A DNA stretch of 64,000 nt, taken from an uncultured Gammaproteobacteria bacterium (GTDB lineage: Bacteria; Patescibacteriota; Patescibacteriia; S139-126). The stretch is taken from positions 384,037-448,036 of the forward strand of contig CAZBLW010000001.1 in assembly GCA_964493305.1 (NCBI GenBank), written 5' to 3'. The translations under genes were made by a program, and so were the position numbers. The notes under the pieces are model-generated. The model did no database searches. It was not told the origin of the DNA and was given only the letters and a program-made list of their open reading frames with translations. Within the stretch, counting starts at the first letter, position 1. Each line of letters opens with the position of its first letter. Positions 47,657 through 56,282 of this stretch are shown piece after piece.

Positions 47657-48766
47657 ATGATAAAAAGGACAGAAAAAGTTGTAGTAGGTATGTCAGGGGG
47701 GGTTGATTCATCGGTAGCTGCGGCACTACTAAAAAAACAGGGTTACCAAGTAATTGGCGTGTTTATGAAAAATTGGTCTGATAATTTTGCAGTTATTGAT
47801 GATTGTCCTTGGCAGCAAGATTTAGCTGATGCCCAAGCGGTAGCAAAAAAATTATCTATACCACTGGAAGTTTTTAATTTTGAACAGCAGTATAAACGCA
47901 GAGTAATTGATTATTTTTTTTCTGAATACCAAGCCGGTCGCACACCCAATCCTGATATTTTGTGCAACTCAGAAATAAAGTTTAAACTTTTTTTTGACCA
48001 AGCACTTGAGTTGGGAGCAGATTATATCGCCACCGGACACTATGCTCGCACACGAGCAATTCCAAATTCAAAAATCCCAGAAACAACAAATACACATTAT
48101 CAACAATTACTAAAAGGTAAAGATCAAAATAAGGATCAATCTTATTTTTTGTATGGCATTAATCCTAAAGTTTTAAAAAAAGTTTTATTTCCCATAGGTG
48201 AATATTTAAAATCAGAAGTTAGAGCCATGGCCAAAAAAATGAAACTGCCCACCAAAGATAAAAAGGATTCCCAAGGAATTTGTTTTATTGGTGAAGTTGA
48301 TTTACGTAAATTTTTATCTCAATATATCAAGCCAACGGCCGGAGATATAATTGATGCTGATAATCAAAAAGTAATTGGTCGTCATGAAGGATTAGCCTGG
48401 TACACTGTTGGCCAACGCCGGGGAATTAAAATTGGTGGTACTGGGCTACCTTTGTATGTGGTAGATAAAGATATGAAAAAAAATATTCTTTATGTGGTTA
48501 AAGGCGCTCATCATCCCAAACTTTATAAACAATCATTAATTGCTGAAAAAATAAATTGGTTAATACCCCAACCAAAATTACCATTAAATATTAAAGCTAA
48601 AATCAGATATCGTCAGGTTGATCAAGAGGCAGAAATTGATCATGCAAATAATAAAAAGGATAAATTGATAGTTGATTTTAAACAACCACAACGTGCTGTA
48701 ACTAGTGGACAAAGCGTAGTATTTTACCAAGGCGAGGTTTGTTTGGGCGGAGGGATTATTCAGTAG
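47657..48766 (+). CDS. mnmA: tRNA 2-thiouridylase
   Basis: MSGGVDSS, TPNPDILCN, ATGHY, KDQSYFL, DSQGICF, YTVGQR. Confidence 0.97.
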   Translation: MIKRTEKVVVGMSGGVDSSVAAALLKKQGYQVIGVFMKNWSDNFAVIDDCPWQQDLADAQAVAKKLSIPLEVFNFEQQYKRRVIDYFFSEYQAGRTPNPDILCNSEIKFKLFFDQALELGADYIATGHYARTRAIPNSKIPETTNTHYQQLLKGKDQNKDQSYFLYGINPKVLKKVLFPIGEYLKSEVRAMAKKMKLPTKDKKDSQGICFIGEVDLRKFLSQYIKPTAGDIIDADNQKVIGRHEGLAWYTVGQRRGIKIGGTGLPLYVVDKDMKKNILYVVKGAHHPKLYKQSLIAEKINWLIPQPKLPLNIKAKIRYRQVDQEAEIDHANNKKDKLIVDFKQPQRAVTSGQSVVFYQGEVCLGGGIIQ

Positions 48767-48810
48767 AATTTGCCAAGCAATAAATTTATCTTTATAATCA
48801 CAAGTACTAT

Positions 48811-50571
48811 ATGATAACTACTAAAGAATTAAGGCAAAAATATTTAGATTTTTTTGTGAGTAAAAATCACGCTGTTATTGATGGCGCGTCTTTGTTGCCA
48901 GAAAATGACCCAACTGTGCTTTTTACTACTGCTGGGATGCATCCGTTGGTGCCTTATTTAATGGGTGAAAAACACCCAGCCGGCAATAGGCTGGTAAATT
49001 ACCAAAAATGTATCAGAACTGGTGATATTGATGAAGTCGGTGATAATACTCATCTAACTTTTTTTGAAATGTTAGGTAATTGGTCATTGGGCGGCTATTT
49101 TAAAAAGGAAGCTATTGAATATTCTTGGGAGTTTTTAACTTCTCCTAAGTGGCTAGGTCTGGATAAAGACAAGTTAGCCGTATCAGTTTTTGCAGGTGAT
49201 GAGGATGCCCCACGTGATGATGAATCTGCCGCCATGTGGTTGTCACTGGGTGTTTCAGAACATAAAATTGCTTATCTACCAAAGAAAAATAATTGGTGGG
49301 GGCCAGCTGGTAAAACCGGACCGTGTGGACCTGATACAGAGATGTTTTATTGGGTTGGTGAAGGTTTGCCGCCAGAAGATTCCAATCCCGGTAATGATGA
49401 AGCCAAATGGATAGAAATTTGGAATGACGTTTTTATGCAATATTACAAAGACGAAACAGGAAAATATATACCCGCTAAGCAGAAAAATGTTGATACTGGT
49501 ATGGGATTAGAACGGACGGTAGCTATACTAAATGGATATAAAAGTGTTTATGAGGTTGATACTTTAAAACCGATTTATGATTACATTTTAAAATTAGCTG
49601 TTGATAAAAGTAATAACAAGGCTGTCAGAATTATTTCTGATCACGTGAGAGCTGCAGTAATGATAATGGGTGATGACCAAGGCGTAGTGCCAGCAAATGT
49701 TGATCAGGGTTATGTAGTAAGAAGATTGTTACGAACCTCGATTCGTCAGGGTAGGGAATTGGGAATTGAAAATAATTTTTTACAAGATATTGCCCTTGTG
49801 GTTATTGCAACCCTAAGTGGTATTTATCAAGAACTTTCAAGAAATCAACAAAAGATTATTTCGGAAATTTCTATTGAAGAAGAAAAATTTAATAAAGTAT
49901 TAAATGAAGGTGAAAAAAAGGTCCAGCAATTTATTAGTGACGGAAAAATAACAGGTGAAGAGGCTTTTCAACTTTTTACAACCTATGGTTATCCGATTGA
50001 TGAAATAAAACGTTTGGGAGTTGAGGTTGATATGGAGTCATTCTCAGAAAAATTAAAAGCTCACCAAGAACTTTCCCGAGCTGGAGGGGAACAAAAATTT
50101 GCTGGAGGACTGGCTGATCATAGTGAAGAAGTAAAAAGATTACATACGGCTACCCATTTATTACACGCAGCTCTAAGGAAAGTATTAGGCGAGCACGTTG
50201 CCCAAAAAGGTTCAAATATAACTAAAGATCGGCTACGGTTTGATTTTTCCCATCCTGAAAAAATGACAACAGAACAAATTAAACAAGTGGAAGATATTGT
50301 TAATGAACAAATCAATAAAAAATTAAAAGTTTGGTGGATGGAAATGACCGTTGCCGAAGCCAAACAAAAAGGTGCGTTGGGACTTTTTACTCAAAAGTAC
50401 GGTGATAAAGTAAAAGTTTATACAGTTGGTGAAGATGACAGTTGGTTTAGTCGTGAACTTTGTGGCGGTCCCCATGTGGAAAATACGTCCGAGCTTGGAC
50501 ATTTTAAAATTATCAAAGAAGAAGCTTCATCGTCCGGAGTAAGACGGATTAAAGCAGTAATAGGTAGTTAA
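48811..50571 (+). CDS. alaS: Alanine-tRNA ligase (short form lacking C-Ala)
   Basis: FTTAGM, HLTFFEMLGN, DTGMGLER, HTATHLL, ELCGGPH; ends at GVRRIKA. Confidence 0.95.
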   Translation: MITTKELRQKYLDFFVSKNHAVIDGASLLPENDPTVLFTTAGMHPLVPYLMGEKHPAGNRLVNYQKCIRTGDIDEVGDNTHLTFFEMLGNWSLGGYFKKEAIEYSWEFLTSPKWLGLDKDKLAVSVFAGDEDAPRDDESAAMWLSLGVSEHKIAYLPKKNNWWGPAGKTGPCGPDTEMFYWVGEGLPPEDSNPGNDEAKWIEIWNDVFMQYYKDETGKYIPAKQKNVDTGMGLERTVAILNGYKSVYEVDTLKPIYDYILKLAVDKSNNKAVRIISDHVRAAVMIMGDDQGVVPANVDQGYVVRRLLRTSIRQGRELGIENNFLQDIALVVIATLSGIYQELSRNQQKIISEISIEEEKFNKVLNEGEKKVQQFISDGKITGEEAFQLFTTYGYPIDEIKRLGVEVDMESFSEKLKAHQELSRAGGEQKFAGGLADHSEEVKRLHTATHLLHAALRKVLGEHVAQKGSNITKDRLRFDFSHPEKMTTEQIKQVEDIVNEQINKKLKVWWMEMTVAEAKQKGALGLFTQKYGDKVKVYTVGEDDSWFSRELCGGPHVENTSELGHFKIIKEEASSSGVRRIKAVIGS

Positions 50572-51128
50572 ATAAACCCCCAAAGTTTGGGGGTTTTTGT
50601 TAAATATATTTTAAAATTTACTTGATTGTAAAAATCTTTAAGAGCAAGTAGATAGTAAACGTAGGTTGAGAAAGTAAAATATTTATTTTTTTGTAAAGAT
50701 CTTTGTTTATTATTGTAGTGTACACTTATTGTGTCGCCCCGTTCGTCAATATAACGGTAAAGAGAGTTTATATTTTGACTTGAAAAGTCATTATCTAAAA
50801 TAAAAAAGTAAAAATTTTTTCCGTAAACTGTCATTTTAAAATAACCACTGTCTATTTGATTGGTAGGACTACTTTTAATAAAACCACTGAATTCGAAAAA
50901 AATTGTGTCTAAATCTGCTTCGTAGTAAAACAATAAACCTGATTTATCACTGACAAATCCTCCGGAACTTGATTTTCTGTTTTTATCACTCAAAACATCT
51001 ACGATGGTGTGACGTACCAATTTGGCCATTTCGGTATCAGTTAGGGGTGTTTGAAAAGATAGATAACGAACAGTACAACCGTTAGATAGTAAATAAATAA
51101 ACGAAATATAAACAAATAGAGCTTTCAT
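50568..51128 (-). CDS. Putative lipoprotein, hypothetical
   Basis: Lipobox-like LSNGC; AAGGAGGG SD. Confidence 0.6.
   Translation of the reverse strand: MKALFVYISFIYLLSNGCTVRYLSFQTPLTDTEMAKLVRHTIVDVLSDKNRKSSSGGFVSDKSGLLFYYEADLDTIFFEFSGFIKSSPTNQIDSGYFKMTVYGKNFYFFILDNDFSSQNINSLYRYIDERGDTISVHYNNKQRSLQKNKYFTFSTYVYYLLALKDFYNQVNFKIYLTKTPKLWGFI
50574..50598 (+). terminator. Intrinsic terminator after alaS
   Basis: AAACCCCCAAA-g-TTTGGGGGTTT. Confidence 0.75.
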
Positions 51129-51198
51129 CTTCCCTCCTTAAATAAATTGTTAATGTTTGCTATTATTTAAATAGAATAATTATTATTTGTAAAGGTCT

Positions 51199-51417
51199 AT
51201 GGTAAAAAAAACCACCAAAAAGCCAGTTGCCAATAAAGACCAAGATCTAACCAAACAGGTAGATAAGGTTTTAGCTGAAATTAAAGAATTTACGACTACA
51301 GCCAACCGTCGCTATCAATCGTTGGATGATACTACAAAAAAGAAGTTAGCTGTGGGAGTAGGTTTACTTGCAACTATGGCAGCTGGAGCTTTACTGATTA
51401 AAAAAAAGAAAAAGTAA
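51199..51417 (+). CDS. Small protein with C-terminal TM and poly-Lys tail
   Basis: 72-aa ORF ending LAVGVGLLATMAAGALLIKKKKK. Confidence 0.6.
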   Translation: MVKKTTKKPVANKDQDLTKQVDKVLAEIKEFTTTANRRYQSLDDTTKKKLAVGVGLLATMAAGALLIKKKKK

Positions 51418-51429
51418 AATTAATCAGTT

Positions 51430-52221
51430 ATGGGAACAAAAATAAATAAACTGATTTTATTTGTCGGTTTGTTTGCTGTTTTTGGATTTTTGTTTATATT
51501 TAAATTTAATTTAATCAAGATAAACAAAAAAATATATCTACCCCCGCCACTTAATTATCAGGAAATCACATCTGATTCAAATTATGCCACCAGTAGTCAT
51601 CAATTGGTAGATAAAAATATCCCACCAGAAATAACTGACAATCCTGATCCACAAACAGTACTTAAAGATAAAATAAATTTACTTGTTCCTTTTGCTGTGC
51701 AAGCACCTCAAGCAAATTGGGAGATGCCTTATAAAGAAGCTTGCGAAGAGGCATCTATTCTGATGGTGTACGGTTTTTTAAAAAATAAAAATAGTTTTAC
51801 TCCTGATTATATAAAAAATCAAATAGATGAATTGGTTGATTATCAACTGCAAGTATTAGGAGAACATAAAGATTTGAATTTAGCTGAAACCGCTCAATTG
51901 GCTGCTGATTATTATAAGTTAAACTATCGTCTAATAAGTCAACTTGATGCCGATAAAATAAAAATTGAATTATCTAAAGGAAATCCAGTTATAATCCCCA
52001 CTGCTGGCAGGTTATTGGCAAATCCCAATTTTCGTAGTCCTGGACCGCTATACCATATGTTAGTAGTCAAAGGTTATCAAGATGATTATTTTATTACTAA
52101 TGATCCGGGTACAAAAAATGGCGAAAATTATCTTTATAAAACTAACCAACTTATAAACGCTATTGCTGATTGGACTGGCAGTGAGCCGGATGGGGAAAAA
52201 GTAGGTTTGATTTTATTTTAA
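51430..52221 (+). CDS. Membrane-anchored C39-like peptidase
   Basis: VPFAVQAP, ACEEAS (Cys), YHMLVVKGY (His), NDPG. Confidence 0.8.
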   Translation: MGTKINKLILFVGLFAVFGFLFIFKFNLIKINKKIYLPPPLNYQEITSDSNYATSSHQLVDKNIPPEITDNPDPQTVLKDKINLLVPFAVQAPQANWEMPYKEACEEASILMVYGFLKNKNSFTPDYIKNQIDELVDYQLQVLGEHKDLNLAETAQLAADYYKLNYRLISQLDADKIKIELSKGNPVIIPTAGRLLANPNFRSPGPLYHMLVVKGYQDDYFITNDPGTKNGENYLYKTNQLINAIADWTGSEPDGEKVGLILF

Positions 52222-52277
52222 TAATTTTGGCTAATATTAAATAAAATTTTAAAATAATTTAATAATACATAAATTTC

Positions 52278-52305
52278 TTGACACTTTTTTCTTTTCTGTT
52301 ATAAT
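52278..52305 (+). promoter_or_regulatory. Promoter of the infA-rpoA operon
   Basis: TTGACA-16-TATAAT with TG extension. Confidence 0.75.
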
Positions 52306-52409
52306 ATTTACTACGGACTAAATAGTGTGTATAAAAGAAAACACCTTAAGTCAATGTAAAAATTCTAGTAAATATTTTTTACTAAGAATTTTATTTTGCT
52401 TAATTTTAA

Positions 52410-52694
52410 ATGGAAGAAAATAACACAGTAGAACAAAATAGCCAGCAATCAAATAAACAAGTAGAAGCAAACGTAAGTCAAAATAGTAAAGGTTTTATTG
52501 AGATTGAGGGCGAAGTAATTGAAATGCTACCCGCAGGTAGTTTTAAAGTTTTATTGGACAACGATCATGAGGTCTTAGCCCATCTTTCTGGAAAAATGAG
52601 AATGTTTAAAATCAGATTGGTTATGGGTGATAGAGTTAAATTGGAAATGAGTCCTTATGATTTGACCAAAGGACGTATTACTAGAAGATTATAA
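52410..52694 (+). CDS. infA: Translation initiation factor IF-1 (with N-terminal extension)
   Basis: [26 protein letters not shown]. Confidence 0.96.
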   Translation: MEENNTVEQNSQQSNKQVEANVSQNSKGFIEIEGEVIEMLPAGSFKVLLDNDHEVLAHLSGKMRMFKIRLVMGDRVKLEMSPYDLTKGRITRRL

Positions 52695-52697
52695 TTT

Positions 52698-52811
52698 ATG
52701 AAAGTTAGAGCATCAGTAAAAAAAATGTGTAAAGATTGTCGCGTTATTCGTCGGGAAGGACGCGTTTGGGTAATATGTAAAAATCCTCGTCACAAACAAA
52801 GACAAGGTTAA
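52698..52811 (+). CDS. rpmJ: 50S ribosomal protein L36 (missing from ORF track)
   Basis: [37 protein letters not shown]. Confidence 0.97.
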   Translation: MKVRASVKKMCKDCRVIRREGRVWVICKNPRHKQRQG

Positions 52812-52826
52812 TTAATATATTAATTT

Positions 52827-53216
52827 ATGGCACGTATTGCTGGTATCAATATACCTGATAAAAAAAGAATAGAAATCGCCTTAACTTATATTTATGGAGT
52901 TGGCAAGGCGAGATCAAACCTAATTTTACGAGAATTAGGTATTGATAAAAATATTAAAGTAAAGGACATTACCGAAAAACAATTAAATGATATCAAAATT
53001 TTTTTGGATAAAAATTTTAAAATTGAAGGTGATTTAAAAAGAGAAGTTTTATCCAATATTAAGCGTTTAAAAGAAATAACTAGTTATCGAGGCAGTCGTC
53101 ATAGTCGTAGTTTACCGGCAAGAGGCCAACGTACCAAAACCAATAGTCGCACCGTTAGAGGAAATGTACGTAAAACTATGGGTTCTGGTAGAGCTAAAGC
53201 TGCCCAAAAAACCTAA
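52827..53216 (+). CDS. rpsM: 30S ribosomal protein S13
   Basis: MARIAGINIP, RGQRTKTNSRT. Confidence 0.98.
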   Translation: MARIAGINIPDKKRIEIALTYIYGVGKARSNLILRELGIDKNIKVKDITEKQLNDIKIFLDKNFKIEGDLKREVLSNIKRLKEITSYRGSRHSRSLPARGQRTKTNSRTVRGNVRKTMGSGRAKAAQKT

Positions 53217-53226
53217 TTGAAATAAT

Positions 53227-53661
53227 ATGACTGATCAAGCAAAAACAACCGCACCAACAAATCAAACTGTTGAATCAAGTGAAAAAAAGTTTCAGAAAAG
53301 CCGCAAAAAGAGACAGGTGAGAAGAGGGAATGCTTATATCCAAGCTACTTATAATAACACCATCGTGTCTTTTGCTGATATGAATGGAAATGTTTTGATT
53401 ACCGTAAGTGCTGGGCAATGTGGTTTTAAAGGTCCTAAAAAAGCTACTCCTTATGCTGCTGGTATTATTGTTAGAACTGCTGCTGAAAAAATCAAAGATT
53501 ATGGTTTGAAAGAAGTAAGTGTTATGGTTAAAGGCATTGGTGGAGGACGTGAGGGAGCAATTAGAGCTTTACAAGCCAATAATATTGAAGTGGTGAGTAT
53601 TCGTGACATTACGCCTTTACCCCACAATGGTTGTCGTAAGAAAAAACCAAGACGGGTTTAA
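53227..53661 (+). CDS. rpsK: 30S ribosomal protein S11
   Basis: ATYNNTIV, KKATPYAA, DITPLPHNGCR. Confidence 0.98.
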   Translation: MTDQAKTTAPTNQTVESSEKKFQKSRKKRQVRRGNAYIQATYNNTIVSFADMNGNVLITVSAGQCGFKGPKKATPYAAGIIVRTAAEKIKDYGLKEVSVMVKGIGGGREGAIRALQANNIEVVSIRDITPLPHNGCRKKKPRRV

Positions 53662-53677
53662 TATTAATTAATTTTAC

Positions 53678-54292
53678 ATGGGAAGATATTTAGGACCAAA
53701 AGATAAGTTATCTAGACGAGAAGGTGTTAATCTTTTTGGCAAAGCCAAAAGCCCTTTGCAAAAAAGAAATTATCCACCGGGAGTGCACGGGCCGAGTCAA
53801 CGCGTGAGATTATCTACTTATGGTCAACAATTGAGAGAAAAACAAAAAGCTAAGAGAATTTATGGTTTGCTGGAAAAGCAGTTTGTTAATTATTATGAAA
53901 AAGCTTTAACTAGAAAAGGTGATACTGGTGAAATTTTAGTGCAGTTATTGGAATCAAGATTGGATAATTTGGTTTATCGTTCGGGCTTGGCTGAAACTAG
54001 AGCTCAAGCCAGACAGTTAGTAACCCATGGTTTTTTTGAAGTAAACGGTAAAAAAGTTGACATACCTTCCTTTAATTGTAAAGTAGGCGATGTTATAAAA
54101 GTTAAAGACAATAAAGCCAATAAAAACTTCATTAAAGAGGCAGTCAAGAAATGGCCCAATAAGCAAGAAATTGCCAATTGGTTAGCTGTCGATTTTAAGG
54201 CTTTATCTTTTAAGGTAGTGACCGTTCCGGTAATTGATCAACAGGCTTTGTTGTTTGATACCAGAGCAATAATTGAGTTTTATTCTAAATAA
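53678..54292 (+). CDS. rpsD: 30S ribosomal protein S4
   Basis: PPGVHG, QLREKQK, LESRLDN, ARQLVTHG, IIEFYSK. Confidence 0.98.
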   Translation: MGRYLGPKDKLSRREGVNLFGKAKSPLQKRNYPPGVHGPSQRVRLSTYGQQLREKQKAKRIYGLLEKQFVNYYEKALTRKGDTGEILVQLLESRLDNLVYRSGLAETRAQARQLVTHGFFEVNGKKVDIPSFNCKVGDVIKVKDNKANKNFIKEAVKKWPNKQEIANWLAVDFKALSFKVVTVPVIDQQALLFDTRAIIEFYSK

Positions 54293-54308
54293 TATTGATA
54301 AAATTTTT

Positions 54309-55064
54309 ATGTCTATTATACCATTGCCAAACAAAATAACCTGGGAAGAAACAGGTGCCAATGAAGCTAAACTAATCGTTGAACCATGCAGTGCTGGTTA
54401 TGGTACTACTTTAGGTAATGCTTTACGTCGAGTTTTATTATCGTCATTGCCAGGAGCAGCTGTAACCAAAATGAAGGTAAAAAAAGTGGATCACGAGTTT
54501 TCAACTATTCCTGGGGTTAAGGAAGATTTAGTTGAAATAATGTTGAATTTAAAAAATTTAAGACTAAAAAGTCAATCAGCTGAACCAGTAAAAATTCATT
54601 TAAAAGTCAAAGGTAAGGTAGGAGAAGTAAAGGCAAGTGAAATCGAAAAAAATGCTGATGTTGAAGTGATTGATAAAGATTTCGTGATTGCCACGGTAAC
54701 TGATAAAAAAGCTGAATTGGATATTGAAATGACAGTGGAAAAAGGTTTTGGTTATTTACCAGTAGAAGATAGAAAAAATGAAGAAAAAGAGGTAGGAATT
54801 ATTTATTTAGATGCCTTTTTTTCTCCAGTAAAAACCGTAGGTTTTGAAGTTACCCCGGCTCGTGTTGGTCAAGACATTAATTTTGATCGTTTGACAATGA
54901 ATATCGTAACCGACGGTTCAATTGCTCCAAAAAATGCTGTTGATTTTGCTTTGTCTATTTTATTGGAACATTTTCAATTATTGAAAGAAAATTCAGGTGT
55001 TAATGACACCACTCAAGTTAAAAGCAAAGAAAAGTCTAAAAAGAAATCAGTTGAAAAAGAATAA
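54309..55064 (+). CDS. rpoA: RNA polymerase alpha subunit (NTD only, no alpha-CTD)
   Basis: GYGTTLGNALRRVLLSS, HEFSTIPGVKED, DAFFSPV, TDGSI; 251 aa ending in a Lys-rich tail. Confidence 0.95.
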   Translation: MSIIPLPNKITWEETGANEAKLIVEPCSAGYGTTLGNALRRVLLSSLPGAAVTKMKVKKVDHEFSTIPGVKEDLVEIMLNLKNLRLKSQSAEPVKIHLKVKGKVGEVKASEIEKNADVEVIDKDFVIATVTDKKAELDIEMTVEKGFGYLPVEDRKNEEKEVGIIYLDAFFSPVKTVGFEVTPARVGQDINFDRLTMNIVTDGSIAPKNAVDFALSILLEHFQLLKENSGVNDTTQVKSKEKSKKKSVEKE

Positions 55065-55072
55065 GCGATTTT

Positions 55073-55426
55073 ATGAAACATTTACATAAAGGTAAAATTT
55101 TCAAAAGAAAAGTTGGTCCGCGAAATTTGATGTTACGCAATTTGGCGGAAAGTTTGATATTGTATGAACGTGTCAAAACTACAGCTGTAAAAGCCAAAGC
55201 TATTCGATCTAAAGTTGAGCCAATGATTTCTCGAGCTAAAAAAGACAATTTACATAATCGTCGTTTGATCATGAAGAGCTTATTTACAGACAACGCAGTG
55301 AAAAAAATATTTGAAGTATTGGGACCACGGTATCTTGATAGAAAAGGTGGTTATACGCGTATCTATAAATTAAACCCCCGACGAGGTGATGGTGCTGAAC
55401 AAGTTATTATTGAGTTAGTTAAATAA
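55073..55426 (+). CDS. rplQ: 50S ribosomal protein L17
   Basis: TTAVKAK, RKGGYTRI, RRGDGA. Confidence 0.97.
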   Translation: MKHLHKGKIFKRKVGPRNLMLRNLAESLILYERVKTTAVKAKAIRSKVEPMISRAKKDNLHNRRLIMKSLFTDNAVKKIFEVLGPRYLDRKGGYTRIYKLNPRRGDGAEQVIIELVK

Positions 55427-55427
55427 T

Positions 55428-55784
55428 ATGAATAAAATAAATAGAACAATTCATGAAATAGACGCCAGTGGTGAGATTTTAGGTAGATTAGCCACCAAGG
55501 TTGCCGTGCTTTTACGAGGCAAACATAAAGTATCTTTTTCGCCACACATTGATGCTGGAGATAAAGTGATTATTGTCAATGCCGATAAAATAAAAGTTAC
55601 CGGAAACAAATTAACCCAAAAAACATATGCTCATTATAGTGGCTATCCCGGCGGTTTAAAACAAAAAGATTTAGCCGAATTGTTAGCAACTGATCCTACT
55701 CGAGTTATCAAACAAGCAGTTTATAATATGTTACCAAAAAATAAATTAAGACAAGATATGATTAAACGTTTAACTTTTAAATAA
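55428..55784 (+). CDS. rplM: 50S ribosomal protein L13
   Basis: LGRLAT, LRGKHK, HYSGYPGG, MLPKN. Confidence 0.97.
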   Translation: MNKINRTIHEIDASGEILGRLATKVAVLLRGKHKVSFSPHIDAGDKVIIVNADKIKVTGNKLTQKTYAHYSGYPGGLKQKDLAELLATDPTRVIKQAVYNMLPKNKLRQDMIKRLTFK

Positions 55785-55785
55785 T

Positions 55786-56208
55786 ATGACTGGTAAAGAA
55801 GAAATTTTGGAATTTAAAGGTAAATATTACGCCGCCATTGGCAAGAGAAAAAATGCTGTGGCTAAGGTACGCTTATATCCCAAAGGAAAAGGGAGATTTT
55901 TAGTAAACGATAGAGCTGAGATTAATTATTTCCCCAGACAAGAATTGTTATTAAATATTAAAAAACCTTTAAGTTTAGTAGATAAAAGTGATCAGTTTGA
56001 TATTTCGGTAAAAGTTAGTGGGGGAGGTTTTAAAGGACAAGCTGATGCCATCCGCTTGGGTATTGCTCGAGCATTGGTAGATATGGATAAAGACATTAGA
56101 CCGGTATTAAAAAAATCAAACTTATTAACTAGAGATTCTAGAAAAAAAGAAAGAAAGAAACCAGGTTTGAAAAAAGCCCGTCGTGCACCACAGTGGCAGA
56201 AAAGATAA
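55786..56208 (+). CDS. rpsI: 30S ribosomal protein S9
   Basis: GKRKNAVA, GGGFKGQA, KERKKPGLKKARRAPQWQKR. Confidence 0.98.
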   Translation: MTGKEEILEFKGKYYAAIGKRKNAVAKVRLYPKGKGRFLVNDRAEINYFPRQELLLNIKKPLSLVDKSDQFDISVKVSGGGFKGQADAIRLGIARALVDMDKDIRPVLKKSNLLTRDSRKKERKKPGLKKARRAPQWQKR

Positions 56209-56223
56209 CTCAATTGATTTCCT

Positions 56224-56251
56224 AAAGCGATGCCTGCTGGCATCGCTTTTT
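56224..56251 (+). terminator. Intrinsic terminator
   Basis: AAAGCGATGCC-tgct-GGCATCGCTTT plus T tract. Confidence 0.88.
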
Positions 56252-56282
56252 AATTATAAAATTTTTAAGGTATAATTATTTT

